Made by a program: the position numbers and the translations under genes
From: Diadema antillarum
Lineage: Eukaryota
DNA length: 64,000 nt
Reading direction: 5' to 3'
NCBI RefSeq assembly: GCF_040938485.1
Contig: NW_027271032.1
Location: 3,286,001-3,350,000 of the forward strand
Notes under the pieces: generated by a model
What the model saw: the letters and a program-made list of their open reading frames with translations, nothing else
Told to the model about the DNA's origin: nothing
The model's database searches: none
Shown: in pieces, positions 1 to 12,676 of the stretch
Numbering within the stretch: the stretch's first letter is position 1
Layout of the letters: every line of letters starts with the position of its first letter

Positions 1-975
1 CAGACCAGTACCTAACTTTCCAATCACATCAACCCTTGATTCACAAACTAGCTGTCATCAGGACCCTCTTCCACAGAGCAGACACCATAGTTCATTGTCC
101 TTTGGAGGGTCACAAAAGAGAAGACAAACATTGAAAAAAAATGCCTTGCCTGGATGTGAGTACCCTGACTGCACGTTCTCGAAAGCTGACACTCTGAAGC
201 AGTCAAGCAAGAACAAAATAAATGTAATACACGCGGTGTGCAGAGACGAAAAGCCATCATTACCATCCCATACTTGTATGATCTCTCAGACGAGATCAAC
301 AGATTAAACCAGAAACAGGACATCACCACTGCCTTCAAACCTCACATCACTTGAGACAGAAATTGGTACAAGTCAAGGACCGAGTCCCAAAAGAAAAGCA
401 CAGGGATTTGGTCTATGACATTCAATGTTCCAAGGAGGACTGCAACAATTTCTCTGTGGGGGAGACTCAACAATCACTAAGAGCTCGCATGAACAAGCAT
501 CAAAGGCTAAGCAGCTCTGAGAGTATCCCAGACTCAGGAGTCTACATACACATTAACTGAAGCAGTCACTCCTTCAACACTAAGGAGGGGATAAGCTTGG
601 ATGGAGAATCCAAATGGTTTAAAATAGTGTGTCAACCCATTGAGGACGAGTCCCGAGTATACTTGGGCAGGTGTCAATGGGATATGCATGTTACATGTAG
701 CAAATTCAAACCGTCCTCAATGGGTTAAGGAAGCCATCTGGCAATGAGTGGAGAGACCTGCACCCAACCAGAAAGGAGGCCTCTGTTTTAATTTGTCGCA
801 CACGTAGGACCGGGCCATTAACAAGATTCCAGGCTGTCTTTTGGGTGCTGGACAAGGTCCAGTGCGTGCTAGCTCTGCACAATCTTGTACTATATTAGAG
901 CTGTTCCATCAACGGAAGTGTTATTCCTCTGAAGAGGCCACTTGATAATTGGTGAAATGTCGCAACAAGTGAGTT
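1..975 (+). mobile_element. Penelope-like retroelement 3' remnant (RT C-terminal extension + GIY-YIG endonuclease), decayed
   Basis: Manual translation gives DQYLTFQSHQPLIHKLAVIRTLFHRA (2-79), then TIPYLYDLSDEINRL..FKP, ORF 351-560 VYDIQC..C..FSVGETQQSLRARMNKHQR (degenerate GIY-YIG) and KEAIW..ERP..NQKGG. It contains stops and frameshifts and is interrupted by a MITE at 636-724. Confidence 0.85.
636..724. mobile_element. ~85-bp piggyBac-like MITE, copy 1 (inside the Penelope remnant)
   Basis: Termini CCCATTGAGGACG...CGTCCTCAATGGG followed by TTAA; the same family occurs at 9429, 21724, 32561 and 43860. Confidence 0.75.
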
Positions 976-1555
976 ATTTTTGTGGGTTTTTTTTTCAAAT
1001 GATTATACAATTTCTACCAATTCTTGACTGGTTCAAGGACTTATATTTCACTTTGAATATCACTAACTAGTTTTCTAACTATTTTGGGTGAAAAGGTAGA
1101 AAGAAACAAAAAAAAAAGAGACAACTATCATCAGAAGATATGAAAACATCAGAAATATAATTTCAATCTAGACATAAGACTAACTTAATCTTGAAGGATG
1201 GGCATTGCAAAAGAATAGAAACTTCACCATGTAGAGGGAGCATTATAATGAACATATCTCATTAATATTGCATGACATGAATTAAGTAGCTAACCACCTT
1301 TAAACAATGTGCTGTTAGAATCATTTCCCCCCCTTGACACCCTCATTATGGACTCGACATCAATTCAACAGAGCCCATGCAGAAATTACTGGACTTTTGA
1401 ATTGAGCTTTGTGCTCATTTTGTGAAGTCCATCTATAATTCTTTTCAAGTTAAAAACAGGAATGACTTTTTTTTTTCCCCATTGCAAGTACAACATTTCA
1501 CCTAGACTTCAAGATTAAGCATTTTATGAGTCCCTCATAAGATTTTATGACATAT

Positions 1556-1766
1556 TACTGTAAAACATGATATATTCGCGGCATGAATTTTTCGCGAATT
1601 GGAGCCGACGGCCTTTTTTGCGGCATGAAATTTTCGCGAACTGCCACTGGCATTCAATGCATATAGTGTAGACAAAAACTTTCGCGTGCATTTTAATTTC
1701 GCGAATCTTGGCGCTCGCGAAATTCGCAAAATTAAAATGCACGCGAAAATTCCTTGTTTTACAGTA
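1556..1766. mobile_element. TACTGTA-ended MITE with TTTCGCG-rich interior
   Basis: TIR TACTGTAAAAC/GTTTTACAGTA and internal palindromic TTCGCGAA repeats; related elements at 42990, 46179 and 57033. Confidence 0.7.
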
Positions 1767-4700
1767 TATTGCAAAGGAAGCCACACTAAGTTTTACCAGA
1801 CTGGAGGCCAAAACACTCTGAAAGGAGGTTTTGTAAAATAGTTTCTGACTGTTATATCACTCCTCCAGCATTGAAAGACCAATGGTTTCTAGCTGCAAGC
1901 GTATTTGGGGGACCTTGTAAATTTATCAGTTTAAGTCTATAATATGTCTCTTCTGATATCACTGAGCAATCCATTCATTTCAGGACACTTTCAACACAAC
2001 TTGATAGCAAATGGTCACTTGGGTAGCGGAGATCCACACACACACCTTCATGTGTATCAGTACACCTCAGCTGCCTCCGTTTACATTGCAGGCATTCTCA
2101 GAAGATATTTCAGGAAGACACTTCCAGAGGGGAAGACACTTCCAGAGGGCAATTCAAGAGGACAATTTGAACAGAAGACTCAACTAGACATCTCTTCCAG
2201 AAAATTACTACATGTACCAGGTAATTTCTACGACAGCATTCAGCCACTTTTCTCTTTTATCAGGGATATGCCCAGATCTTCCAAGTTTTACTTTTGTGCA
2301 GGTTACCTGCCCTTGCATTATTGTATGCTATGCATTCAAAGACCAGTGTTTTGCCAATATCTATTCCTGCCAACCAAAGCCACACAAAGGGCTGGACCTG
2401 GCATACCAAACACCCTTAGGAAAACAAGAAGCACTGATGAATGACTCAATCTAAATTCAAAGGTGAGGCAGCATGCAACCTGTGTGCGGTGAATTTTCTT
2501 CCGCAACCACACTATTTTTTTATTTTTCTCTATGGCCACTTGCTCCTGATATCCAATTTGAGGACATCAAAGCCAAATAATTTTTGCTGGTGTGCACCTA
2601 AAAGGTTTGTTCATGCTCAAGTGCATCCAGAAAAAAAGCAGCTTCACCTATTGAGATTTGGGTTCACCATTGAAAGGGCCGCTCCCCCATTGGTGCTATC
2701 ACCCACAACATCTCTCTCATTTCTTTCTTTTTTTCCTCCATTTTTTTTTTCTACATTCCAGGTCAAGGTGAACAACAAGATTGGGGCCTACAGGTGTAGT
2801 CTCTTTCAAGAATCCATTCATCTTCACAAAGTTCTATGGAATGAAGATGGCATGAATTATCGAGACCAAAGGCTGTCTGCCCAGGATGCCACGATTTCAT
2901 ATGACAAATTGCAGCCAAGTCCGAAAAGCCACACAGATAGGCATACCCACACACATACTAAAACCATAATCAGACCTGACTTGTTTGAATACCAGTTTGT
3001 GTACACATGTATATACGGCAGAGTGTGGAACAGTTCTCACATCGCACACTCCATGTGCTCTACCAACATTGTGCACTCACACGTTAGATTGGAGTCAGAG
3101 TTAAACAGAGGTTAAAGGGTGAGTAGGGTGGACTTCTTGAAAGTGTGAAATAAAATACAGTGATTCATCTCTGCTCAAGATTTGAAGTATGGACTATGGA
3201 TAAAATTTCCCAGGGTCATGTTCTGTTCAGGAAATGGGATGTACCTACTTTCTCTTTGGGGTAGACCTACCAGTACTTGGCTGGATAAAAAAGAGAGGTG
3301 TGTCTAAATGGTCAGATGTGTAATTTCTCAACAATAAAGAATCCTTCCTAGTTTCTCTTATTTTGCAAACAGTAAGACAGACACATAGACTGACAGACAA
3401 ACAAACAAACAAACAAACCAATGCCAATTAAAGCATACACTTCTTTCAAGGTAGTGTTTGCATTAAACATCTCTTGTTTCTTACATACGGTGATTAGGGA
3501 GTTTTCGCTACACGACGGGAAGACCGAGAGTAAGTGGAAGCAATCAGCCTAGCCGTGACAGTCCCCCGCACTCAAACTCCTGTCCCCATGTCTACGCAGT
3601 TTCGCTTACAGAATAATAATAATAATAATCTTCAGAATAATGAACATTGAGAATAATGCTGCGAATATTTGGATTAACAAGCCCTCTTTCATTTTCAGAT
3701 CATCTCACATCTAGGTACATGTATACATAATTTGTGCATTTTGGAGTAATGAACATCACTCTGGTTCCGACTCTACTCTAGAAGCAGCAATTGTGCCCTT
3801 GCATGAAGCATTTAATCTCCTTGCCCAGTCCTACAGAGGGAACTTGGAGCTGGTATCTTGCTAGTTTGAGCATCTAGATACTTCATCTGAAGCCATGTTA
3901 TATAAATCCAAGCACAAAACTTTCATTTCAAAGACTCAGGTGAACTCAATGTTTGCGAGCTACAATGCAGGCCCAGAGACTGAGAAACATTAGCCACAGA
4001 AAGGTCACATAAATTCCCCACAACAACCTTCCTCTGATGGTGGGCAAATAAAATGCAAAGGCCCCAGCAGGAGGGTGTAAGGTTAAGAAAATCTCTTCCA
4101 TGTTCTTTCTTCTTTAATCTCTGTTCCCTGCACTTATCAATCTGTTTGATCATGATGGGAAATGGTTTGCTCAAATAGGGACATTCCTTAGCCAAGCATA
4201 CATTCTAATGAACTCATTTTGCAGATGGAAATCTAACCCTCTTCATCATAATGACAGACTGATTACAAAAGATTATACAAGCATGATAACTGTAATGAAA
4301 ATAAACTAACAGGTTTGATATCACATGCCTTCAGCTGAATAGGTAATATATTTATATTTTTATAATCTGTGTATAAACAGTAAAAGAAAAAAAAGAAAGG
4401 AGGAGGAAAAGATGGTTTCCACAATGAAAAGAATTCCTGTGAGTGACAGACAGTGTATGCACAGCCACACCTTGCTAGGAAAGTTGTAGATAAATACAGG
4501 TCACTGCGGCTGTGATCCACCGAGACCAATTCAGACCCATACCACTTGTTGAATAAAAGGACTATTGAAATGCAGGGGCCGTGCACAAGGGGAGGGGTGT
4601 GTGCATGCGAGGTCTGTACGGGGTACAATCACATGTCTTTGTGCCCCCCTCTGAGCTGGCTTTTCTATGGTTCTGGTGATGAAAGAGTTCAATATTTGCC

Positions 4701-7700
4701 TTGTCGCACCTTAATATTTTGTGAATGCCTTGCAATAATTTTCCTCATCCCTCTCAGATGACACATCCGAACCCTTTGTACACCTAGATTCAAATTTCAT
4801 ACACATTAAAGACTAAATCCAGAGTAAACCTTCAACAAGGGAATATGTAATGTACCTCCCTTTATTAGTCACCCCACAATATTAACATCAATTCATTCTC
4901 TTACTGTGACAAGATAGTAAAAGATAATATATACAAAATAACTACTGAAATAACATTACAGCTGTACCTCCGAACTTACATTTGCAATTACTGTATTAAA
5001 TACTGTATTACATCGTACATACCATCAAAAAATTGTACGTATTGATTTGCTCAAATCTGATTGGTACAACGAGGCTAGGCACACTTTATTCTTGTCGACT
5101 AGTCAGAAAGCTACAAGTAATACTGTACCAAGGGAAATGTCAAACTGACAATAAATTTTTGAAGGCTTTCATTTGCCACACTTCAATATTTTGCAAACCA
5201 CTGTAGAGCCATTCCTGCTGCACAAACTCACAAAACATATCTTAACTATTTCAAATAAATATGACAGCAGATTCAGTCAATGTAAGGTTGGATTTATGCT
5301 ATTTGTGTCCATGTCCTACAGTGCATATTCTTAAAGGGGATGGCTAGTAACTGATCAGTGGGAATCAGTAGGAATGCTGGGGGATGATTGTTCCAATCAT
5401 TGTGGGATTCATTTAGAGTGCATTATATATCTATTGTTGTGTGAAAATTATTTGCTTCAGAATGGTCTCATATATATTCAAGTAATGTGCAGTTTAATGT
5501 TTCCAGGTTAGCATGCCTGCACAGTGACAGGGCGATCGTTAACGGCCTGTTTCTTTGTTTGAAAAGTACACATATTTTCATCACAAATTAAAACCTCTGG
5601 GTCTCTGAAATGTACAAATTTCAACAAAAGAACTAATATCAAACTACATCACTCCCTCCCACCCCCAACACACACAGATTCAGCTCTGAAATTTGTCTAA
5701 ATGATTAATTAACAGACTTATCATTGTATCCCACTCTAGCTCTTTAACTATATGTGCTCATGTATACATCAACTTTGCTGAGACAAGGTAAAAGCATTGC
5801 ACAAACCTTGATGGTATAATTAGAAGATCAATGTCAAGAGCATTTCCCATACATTTGCGCTGCACTGTGCTCTTTCTCATTTAAATCAACATAGACAGTA
5901 GCAAAAAAAAAAAAAAAAAATAGAAAGTCACAATGTCAATAAAAGTTATCATGGCCATGCTATCTTTTTTTCATTTTGTCAAGCTCAAAAGGTCCATGGT
6001 GAGAAGTCCACACACAATCCTTGCTAGCAGCTCTATCCAAACCAGGATCTTTATTTTTCTCCAAATCTCCATTTGATATCCTGCCAAGGCACATGAACAT
6101 AAACGCACATACAATGGTTTACAGTGTACATGTGATGTGGAATGCATGAGTTGGATGTGTACATTTGAGACTGAGTGTAACTGCTTTCATAATGGAACAA
6201 AAATCAAAATTAGAATTTGGGAGAGCTTCTTTTAGATTGTTTGCTGTACTATATTTGATTTTCTGCCTAGGTCTTGGTGATGATAAACTTTAGATGAATT
6301 ATGGAAACCCCAAAATACAGGTAGATTGCGTGAATGCAGCAATATTGCAAGAACACATCAGAGAAAGTTTGAGGAAAATTGGACAATCTGTTCAGAAGTT
6401 ATGAATTTTTAATGTTTTGGTGCTGCCATCACTGGATGAAAAGACTACATCCAGGTCACGGCGTGTCATATGAAGAACGATAAAAAGAAAATTTGAAGAA
6501 AATTCCACAAATTTCATTTTTTATGAAAACTACACATTCCTTTGACTTGTTACTGACATATAATGGTAATACTAATAATGTTATTCCTACTTCTTGAAAA
6601 AGGAACGTCAAGTGCTCTTTCAGTGTGGTAGAAAAGTGAAAGTTTGTTGATTTTTCTTTATATTTTTTAAAAATGTTTTCTGAGATATATGAGACATCAA
6701 GAACTGTAGTCTTCTCATCCAGCAATGGCAGCACCAAACCCTTAAAAAGCCAAACTTTTGAACTGATCATCCGATTTTCTTCGAACTTTCAGTGAGTTCT
6801 ACTCATCTTGCTAAGATTTACTCAATCCACACTGATATTTGGGGAAAGTTCCCCTTTCACAGCTAGATCTTGGTAATTGCACTATTACCCTCCTCCCAAA
6901 CTTTAGAATTGAGTGGATGAACAACTAAAACTTGTTCCATCCAGGAATTTATATCCACTCTCTTTAGTAAATAAATTTATATAACAAAATTTTTTAAAAA
7001 TAAAATTTTACAGTTTTCAGCTTTATTTTTACTACAGTATAAACACAATTATCTTTAAGCTAGGCTAATATAGGGGGCTTCACCTAGCTTATAAAATTGC
7101 AAAATGGAAGTGTCATGGGAAGTAAAATGGAAAAGTAAACTTGGGCTATCCCCTTGATGAATCGTCCGTGCAGAAAATTATCCAATCCAAGGAGAGTATT
7201 AGAAAAAGAATCTAACATTCATTATAAAACCGAAACAGAAAAAAAAAGTTATGAAACGGGAGTTACAAAACTGCTATGTTGCACAACTCCAAACTTATAA
7301 AACTTCTCTGACTCATTGTCACACTCCACTGACTCACAGCATTTATACAATTTTGCTGTGGCCTTCTTTAGGATTGTAACATCTACAGCAAGTTTGAGGG
7401 TAATTACAGGTGCCATGGAAATTACCATTCTGACCTGTGACATTTCAGGGGCTAAAATTTAATGGGTGGGTCTCATTATTGGATGGATTTGGTCATGAAA
7501 AACAAGCTGCCGCCAATGTCAATTACTCAGTGACCTGACAAGCTGTACAAGAAACTGTACCTTCTTTTTCTTTTTTTGTATGCATGTTCTTTTAATTCTC
7601 AGTATCGTCAATACCTAGGTGCCGCGTGCAGAGCAGCATTTCAGATGCATTATGGGATGGCTCACAGGACAAACTTGGCTCAGGTTTGGCTGCACACGCA

Positions 7701-9428
7701 CTCGGGTCACATTCTGTCTTTATCCAGGGGTATTTTTTGTAGAAGATTTCTTCGCTTTTTGTCATGTGACCAGTACATTGTTTTCAGCCTTGCTGTAGTG
7801 AACAATGACCTGTGACCGCAAATCAGTAAAATTCTGAAATTTTAAACTCTTTTTAGATGAATTCTAAGTGAAGAAAAAAGCAGCAATGAAAGAAAAGCAG
7901 ATGAAAATTGCACTGAATTGCATGGGAACTCAGACATGCGCAAGACAACTGGAAGCAACAATGGCACCGAGTGCATCCGTGACAGGGCTTTTTAGCATGC
8001 GCAAAAGATGTTTGCACACTGGTGATACAGAGAATTAAGACACTGGTCTACTGCACAACAGGCTGCTAGACATAGGAGACAAATACTGAGTACTAGTACC
8101 TATAAAAGTTGCAGCTTGTCAGTAATGTTGTGGCAACTTCATCACAAGCAAGTGTAAGCACAAACTGCTGTGAGGGTTAAGCTGGCTGTGTTTGCACACT
8201 GCTCAGCAGCCTTTGTAGAGAGGAATTTTGAGATGCATTCTCTCTCAGTCCCATATGTATGCTGACTTTCACTGTTGTGTCACATTATCTACATTAACAA
8301 CAGGGATATATGTATGGAAAGGTGGACAGGTGATAGGGAGTGCAGTAGCTTTTGAACTGATAGTCTGCGGGTAATTCTTTATTATTATCTTTTCTGGTGC
8401 CAATTAGTTGCATGTAAGTTTGACAATGAAAACAATATGGAATGACACCAAAACATATACTTGCAGTCTTCTTACCCAGTGATGGCAATACAGAAACTTA
8501 ACAAAAAATCCTAACTTTTCAATAAATTGTCTGATTTTCCCTCTACTTCACCGATGACTTCCACTATAAATACTTCTGCATTCTTTCAAACCACATTTAT
8601 ATTTGGGTTTCATTCTTCTTCAAGGGAAAAAGAAAGAGAGAGAGAGTGAGTAACAAGCAACTTCAGAAATCATCAGTAAGAGATAAGTTGTGTGGCAGTG
8701 TCAAATCATACATGTCCACCTGAAGGAAATATCTGATTCGCTGTGTACAACAAAAGGATCCGAAAGTCGGGGGAGAACAAGATTCTGAAAAATGGCATGA
8801 CATTACTCCCTTACTCTTCTACTTTAATTTCATATAGAGCTCAACTCATAAAAGTACTTGGTTGCGGAGATATATCAATGATTTTATCAGCGTATGTCAA
8901 GTGGTTGAGGAAATCAGAGTTTCGAGAAAAACGCCTTCAAAGTTTTCCTTCCGACGCTATCATGGTCAAGGGGAGGCGAGACAGTTTTCGCTGCTTAACA
9001 ATACAAGGTATGCTCCTAGCGACCTCCGCAATGATCATTCAAGCTTAACACCAGCAGTCTACGCACGACCAATCAGTAATCAGGATGCTATGCACTGACC
9101 AATAAGATTACTCCCTCGTTGCTAGGGGTGGAGTCTAGCTGCGGCACTAAATCCAAATCTTCGGACATGTTTCTGTTACATTGAAAGTCGAAAATCATGA
9201 CCCAGAAAAACGCTGATTTCTTGCCTTTCCTTTGATCATTTAGCTTCAAAATTTCGGCAGATGATAGACAAAACATTAGACTTCAAAATTCTGCCAAAAA
9301 CAGAAATCCGACTGTTTTGACCAATTTTGATGTTGTGACCTCAAACTCGATTTTCTCAGCCCAGCCGTCAGCGACTTTAGGATCCTTTTATTGTAGCGGG
9401 TCACATATCATCACCTTTTTACAATTAA

Positions 9429-9513
9429 CCCATTGAGGATGAGTCCCGAGTATACTTGGGCAAGTGTCTATGGGAAACATGTGTTGTAGTAAAATCAAAC
9501 CGTCCTCAACGGG
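9429..9513. mobile_element. 85-bp piggyBac-like MITE, copy 2
   Basis: TTAA|CCCATTGAGGATG...CGTCCTCAACGGG|TTAA. Confidence 0.8.
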
Positions 9514-9918
9514 TTAATTAAAAGGTACTTGTGCTGCCAACAGGGACCTCCAGCCAATCAAAGAAAAAAAAAAACTAAATAAAATACTGATGGTTATAAT
9601 GACGATGCTGGTGATGCTGGTAATGACATCACAGATGGGGTGATTATTTCAGTCATTTATTATTTCATCAGCTTACAAATACTCAGACAATAATTTCCCT
9701 TTGGATATATAATTGAAAGAGATGAAACTCATGATGTCCTATATACTCATTATTGAATTGTTCTGCAGTTCTAATGACATGGCATTTTTTTAAATGCAAT
9801 TGATAGCCGCTGCTAAATGAGTATCGCAAAATGGATTGACATCAGTACCTTTACTGTACAAACAAATGGGACAGGTCTGAAGGGACTATGTCTGTGTGTA
9901 CCAATTGCATGGGTCTAG

Positions 9919-10078
9919 GGCAATTACCCCCTAGGCAATTACCCTGGACCCTTCCCCTGACCCTAACCCAAATGCCAGACCCTAAACCTAACCCATACCC
10001 TAATCTTTACTCTAACCTTATCACTAACCAGTATTTAGCCAAGGGGTAATTGCCCTCGGGGGTAATGGCTCTGATACA
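9919..10078. repeat. Short repeat element with degenerate (CCCTAA)-like core
   Basis: GGCAATTACCCC ... GGGGTAATTGCC inverted motifs flank ccctaa/cctaac variants. Confidence 0.5.
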
Positions 10079-11168
10079 CAATTGCATGCATGATCATGAC
10101 CCAGATCAATTTCCTAGTGAAAACAGTGTAACTAAAATTCAAAAACTTCCAGCAACTTTCTCTGTTGTGCTTGATCAACCTCTACTCATCACAACAAATG
10201 GTAGCATATTCTGGCTTCATCTTTGAAGAGGTACATGTAAATACTACCTTACAGCCCCTTACGACAAAACAAAACAAAACAAAACAAAACAACAAAAAAA
10301 GCTGTAGTTGGCACTCTTGAAAGTGAGCCTAGCCTATTTCTAAGAGATCTTGGCAGAAAATGACATCATCATCTTCAAAGTACATCTTCAATTTAATTTC
10401 AAAGTACTATTTCTCTCGAGAAGACAGAAATGCTCAGAGTCATATTTGTTTCTCTCTTTCTTCCCTTTTCTTTGATTCTTTTGTCACTCTGCTGAGACTT
10501 CAAGTTAAAGGCACACATTTTTTTTTTTTTTTTTTAACACCGGACCTTCACATCCAGAGTAGATGTCGAATTGAAACAAAACTGTTGCTTTTAAATACAT
10601 AGAGGTATTAAACCAATTCAGCACTAGGGTGAAATGATGACATTGACTAGTAATGTACCATCAGATGGTATAGAGTGACTTAGACTATTCAAAAACAGTA
10701 GGTCAATGCTGATGGCCTCATTTTAATGTTCTCCATCCCACCACCATCAAGAGCCATTAACATTGTATACACGTACGTTGTTAATGGCAGTGAGAGACTT
10801 TGGGGACAGTGAGCAAAATTTGGAAGTGTATCATAACTCTCTTGAACAACCATCTGAAACACACACACACACGCGCACAGAAATGTTGTGGATATCAGAG
10901 ATATTCAAATGAGCCATTTCTCTGTACTAATAATTGATATCACACCCAAGCAAGTTGTCAAGGGAATTAATTGATAACGTATTATTAAGGCGAGTTGTAA
11001 TGGTAATACCATCACACTCATTTGGGCTGTGAAGATAACACTTGCTGTCCATATACAGGCCACTTGTCAAATGGATTGACAAAGTAAAGCCTAAGTGAAT
11101 TCTTTTTTCTTTCTTTTTTTTTATATATTAAGAACTCTCCAAATTGTTTTATACTGCAGGTGATTTCA

Positions 11169-11296
11169 GGGCTGCCAACCTTGAGTGAGAGTTTGGCGTG
11201 AGACACTGCGAGCGAGCGGATTAGAGTGAGACAGTCAAAATTGGTGGAATTTTGTGAGTCTCACGCTCAATGCGTGAGAGTTAAATTGGCAGGCCT
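11169..11296. mobile_element. Small hAT-like MITE
   Basis: Termini CAGGGCTGCCAA...TTGGCAGGCCTG; a target-site duplication is not clear. Confidence 0.45.
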
Positions 11297-11345
11297 GCGA
11301 TTTAAAAGACGTAATGGATGGTGCTTTCCTTCTGATGTGGTCTAT

Positions 11346-11517
11346 CAGCTTGACACTAGGCAAATAAGGCCCATGATGAGTCCAACACTGGGCAAAAAAA
11401 AAAAAAAGCCCATGAGACCAACACTGGGTACATTAAGCCCTGTGATGTAATGTTGGTCTCATGGGCCTTTTTTGCCTCATGTCGGACTTCTGAACCTTGT
11501 CTGCCTAGTGTCAAGCT
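11346..11517. mobile_element. Foldback MITE
   Basis: 16-bp perfect TIR AGCTTGACACTAGGCA/TGCCTAGTGTCAAGCT; an internal GCCCATGAGACCAAC motif is also inverted. Confidence 0.6.
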
Positions 11518-12289
11518 CATAGGCTTTATCACTCGTGGACCTTTTCTTTTGGTAATACAATGTTGAGCTACAAACCTCTCATTTTTCATGACAGAAGTTT
11601 AATACTTAAATGTCAAACAGAACAACTCTATCTGTAGTCTAAAGATTTTGTATAATTTCCCTAAAGAGGCTTACCAGGTATCAAGCCTGCAACAAAAATG
11701 TGGGAGCGACAGAGACCTTAAAGGCATTATTTACCATTTGCAGATGAAACAAAAACCCAGCTTTAGTGCTTCAAAATATCTCTAAAATGTGAGTTAGGCA
11801 TAAAAACAACCATTGTAAAAATTTTAATCAGGATAATCAGTGTTACTTATTGTTAACTATGCAAAATGTGAATAATAGTTATAATAACATTGTTTCTAGA
11901 CTAAACCATCTACAGTAAAATATATGGTTTGATGACAAAAACAGTGATATCTCAGTGTATCTTAGATTTTATTGCAAAATGTTTATATGTTTTGTGATAC
12001 AACTGACCTCCAAATATACATCAAATGTGATAACTCGAAAACTTTTAAAATCACTGCTCCCAAAGGTAAACTGTCCCTTCAACTACAGTGGGAGTGCACA
12101 TACTGCAACAACATTTGCAAATCAGAAACAAACTGGTCAATATTGAGGTTACTGACACTGGACTGAAAGGCCTTGGACGCAGGCTCTTAAAGGGACACAG
12201 TCCTCACGAAATTTAAAAAAATATGTTGTTGTTGGTACCTCCAATGAACATGAGGATCAGGCGTGATCCTCTTATCTACGAGGTACATC

Positions 12290-12451
12290 GACCACCTATC
12301 TGTTATAGTATGCTATTATCCCGATAATTGCCCTAACATCGAACAAAGAAACTTTTACACAGTAAGCCTACCTTACACCGCCCGTGTCCCCCAGGCCGCA
12401 CGCACGTCCGCCCGTACGCACGTAACCAGTCACCCGCCATGACTCTTCCTC
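12290..12451. repeat. DIRS inverted terminal repeat (element 3' end)
   Basis: Reverse complement of 19082-19243; identical by eye, and both give the same peptide in the ORF track (MAGDWLRAYGRTCVRPGGHGRCKVGLLCKSFFVRC). Confidence 0.95.
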
Positions 12452-12531
12452 CAGTTCCACACAACCAGGTCACCCGCAAACGGGACACACAGTCAAGTCG
12501 CGCCGCGAGGCGAGGGGAAGGAGGGGGGGAC

Positions 12532-12630
12532 ACAGATAGGTGGTCGATGTACCTCGTAGATAAGAGGATCACGCCTGATCCTCATGATCTACATCAGTAC
12601 ATCTGACCACCTATCTGTTATAGTATGCTA
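12532..12630. other. DIRS internal complementary region (ICR)
   Basis: 12532-12586 is the reverse complement of the left terminus 12249-12303, and 12587-12630 is the reverse complement of the right terminus 19218-19261. Confidence 0.95.
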
Positions 12631-12676
12631 GACCGACACGGACTAACAAGGGAGGCTTGGCTGTAAGGCGGTGTAA

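Noticed and set aside
2441-3115. 224-aa plus-strand ORF
   Set aside because: It runs through poly-T and CA-repeat sequence with no recognisable domain; likely a chance ORF.
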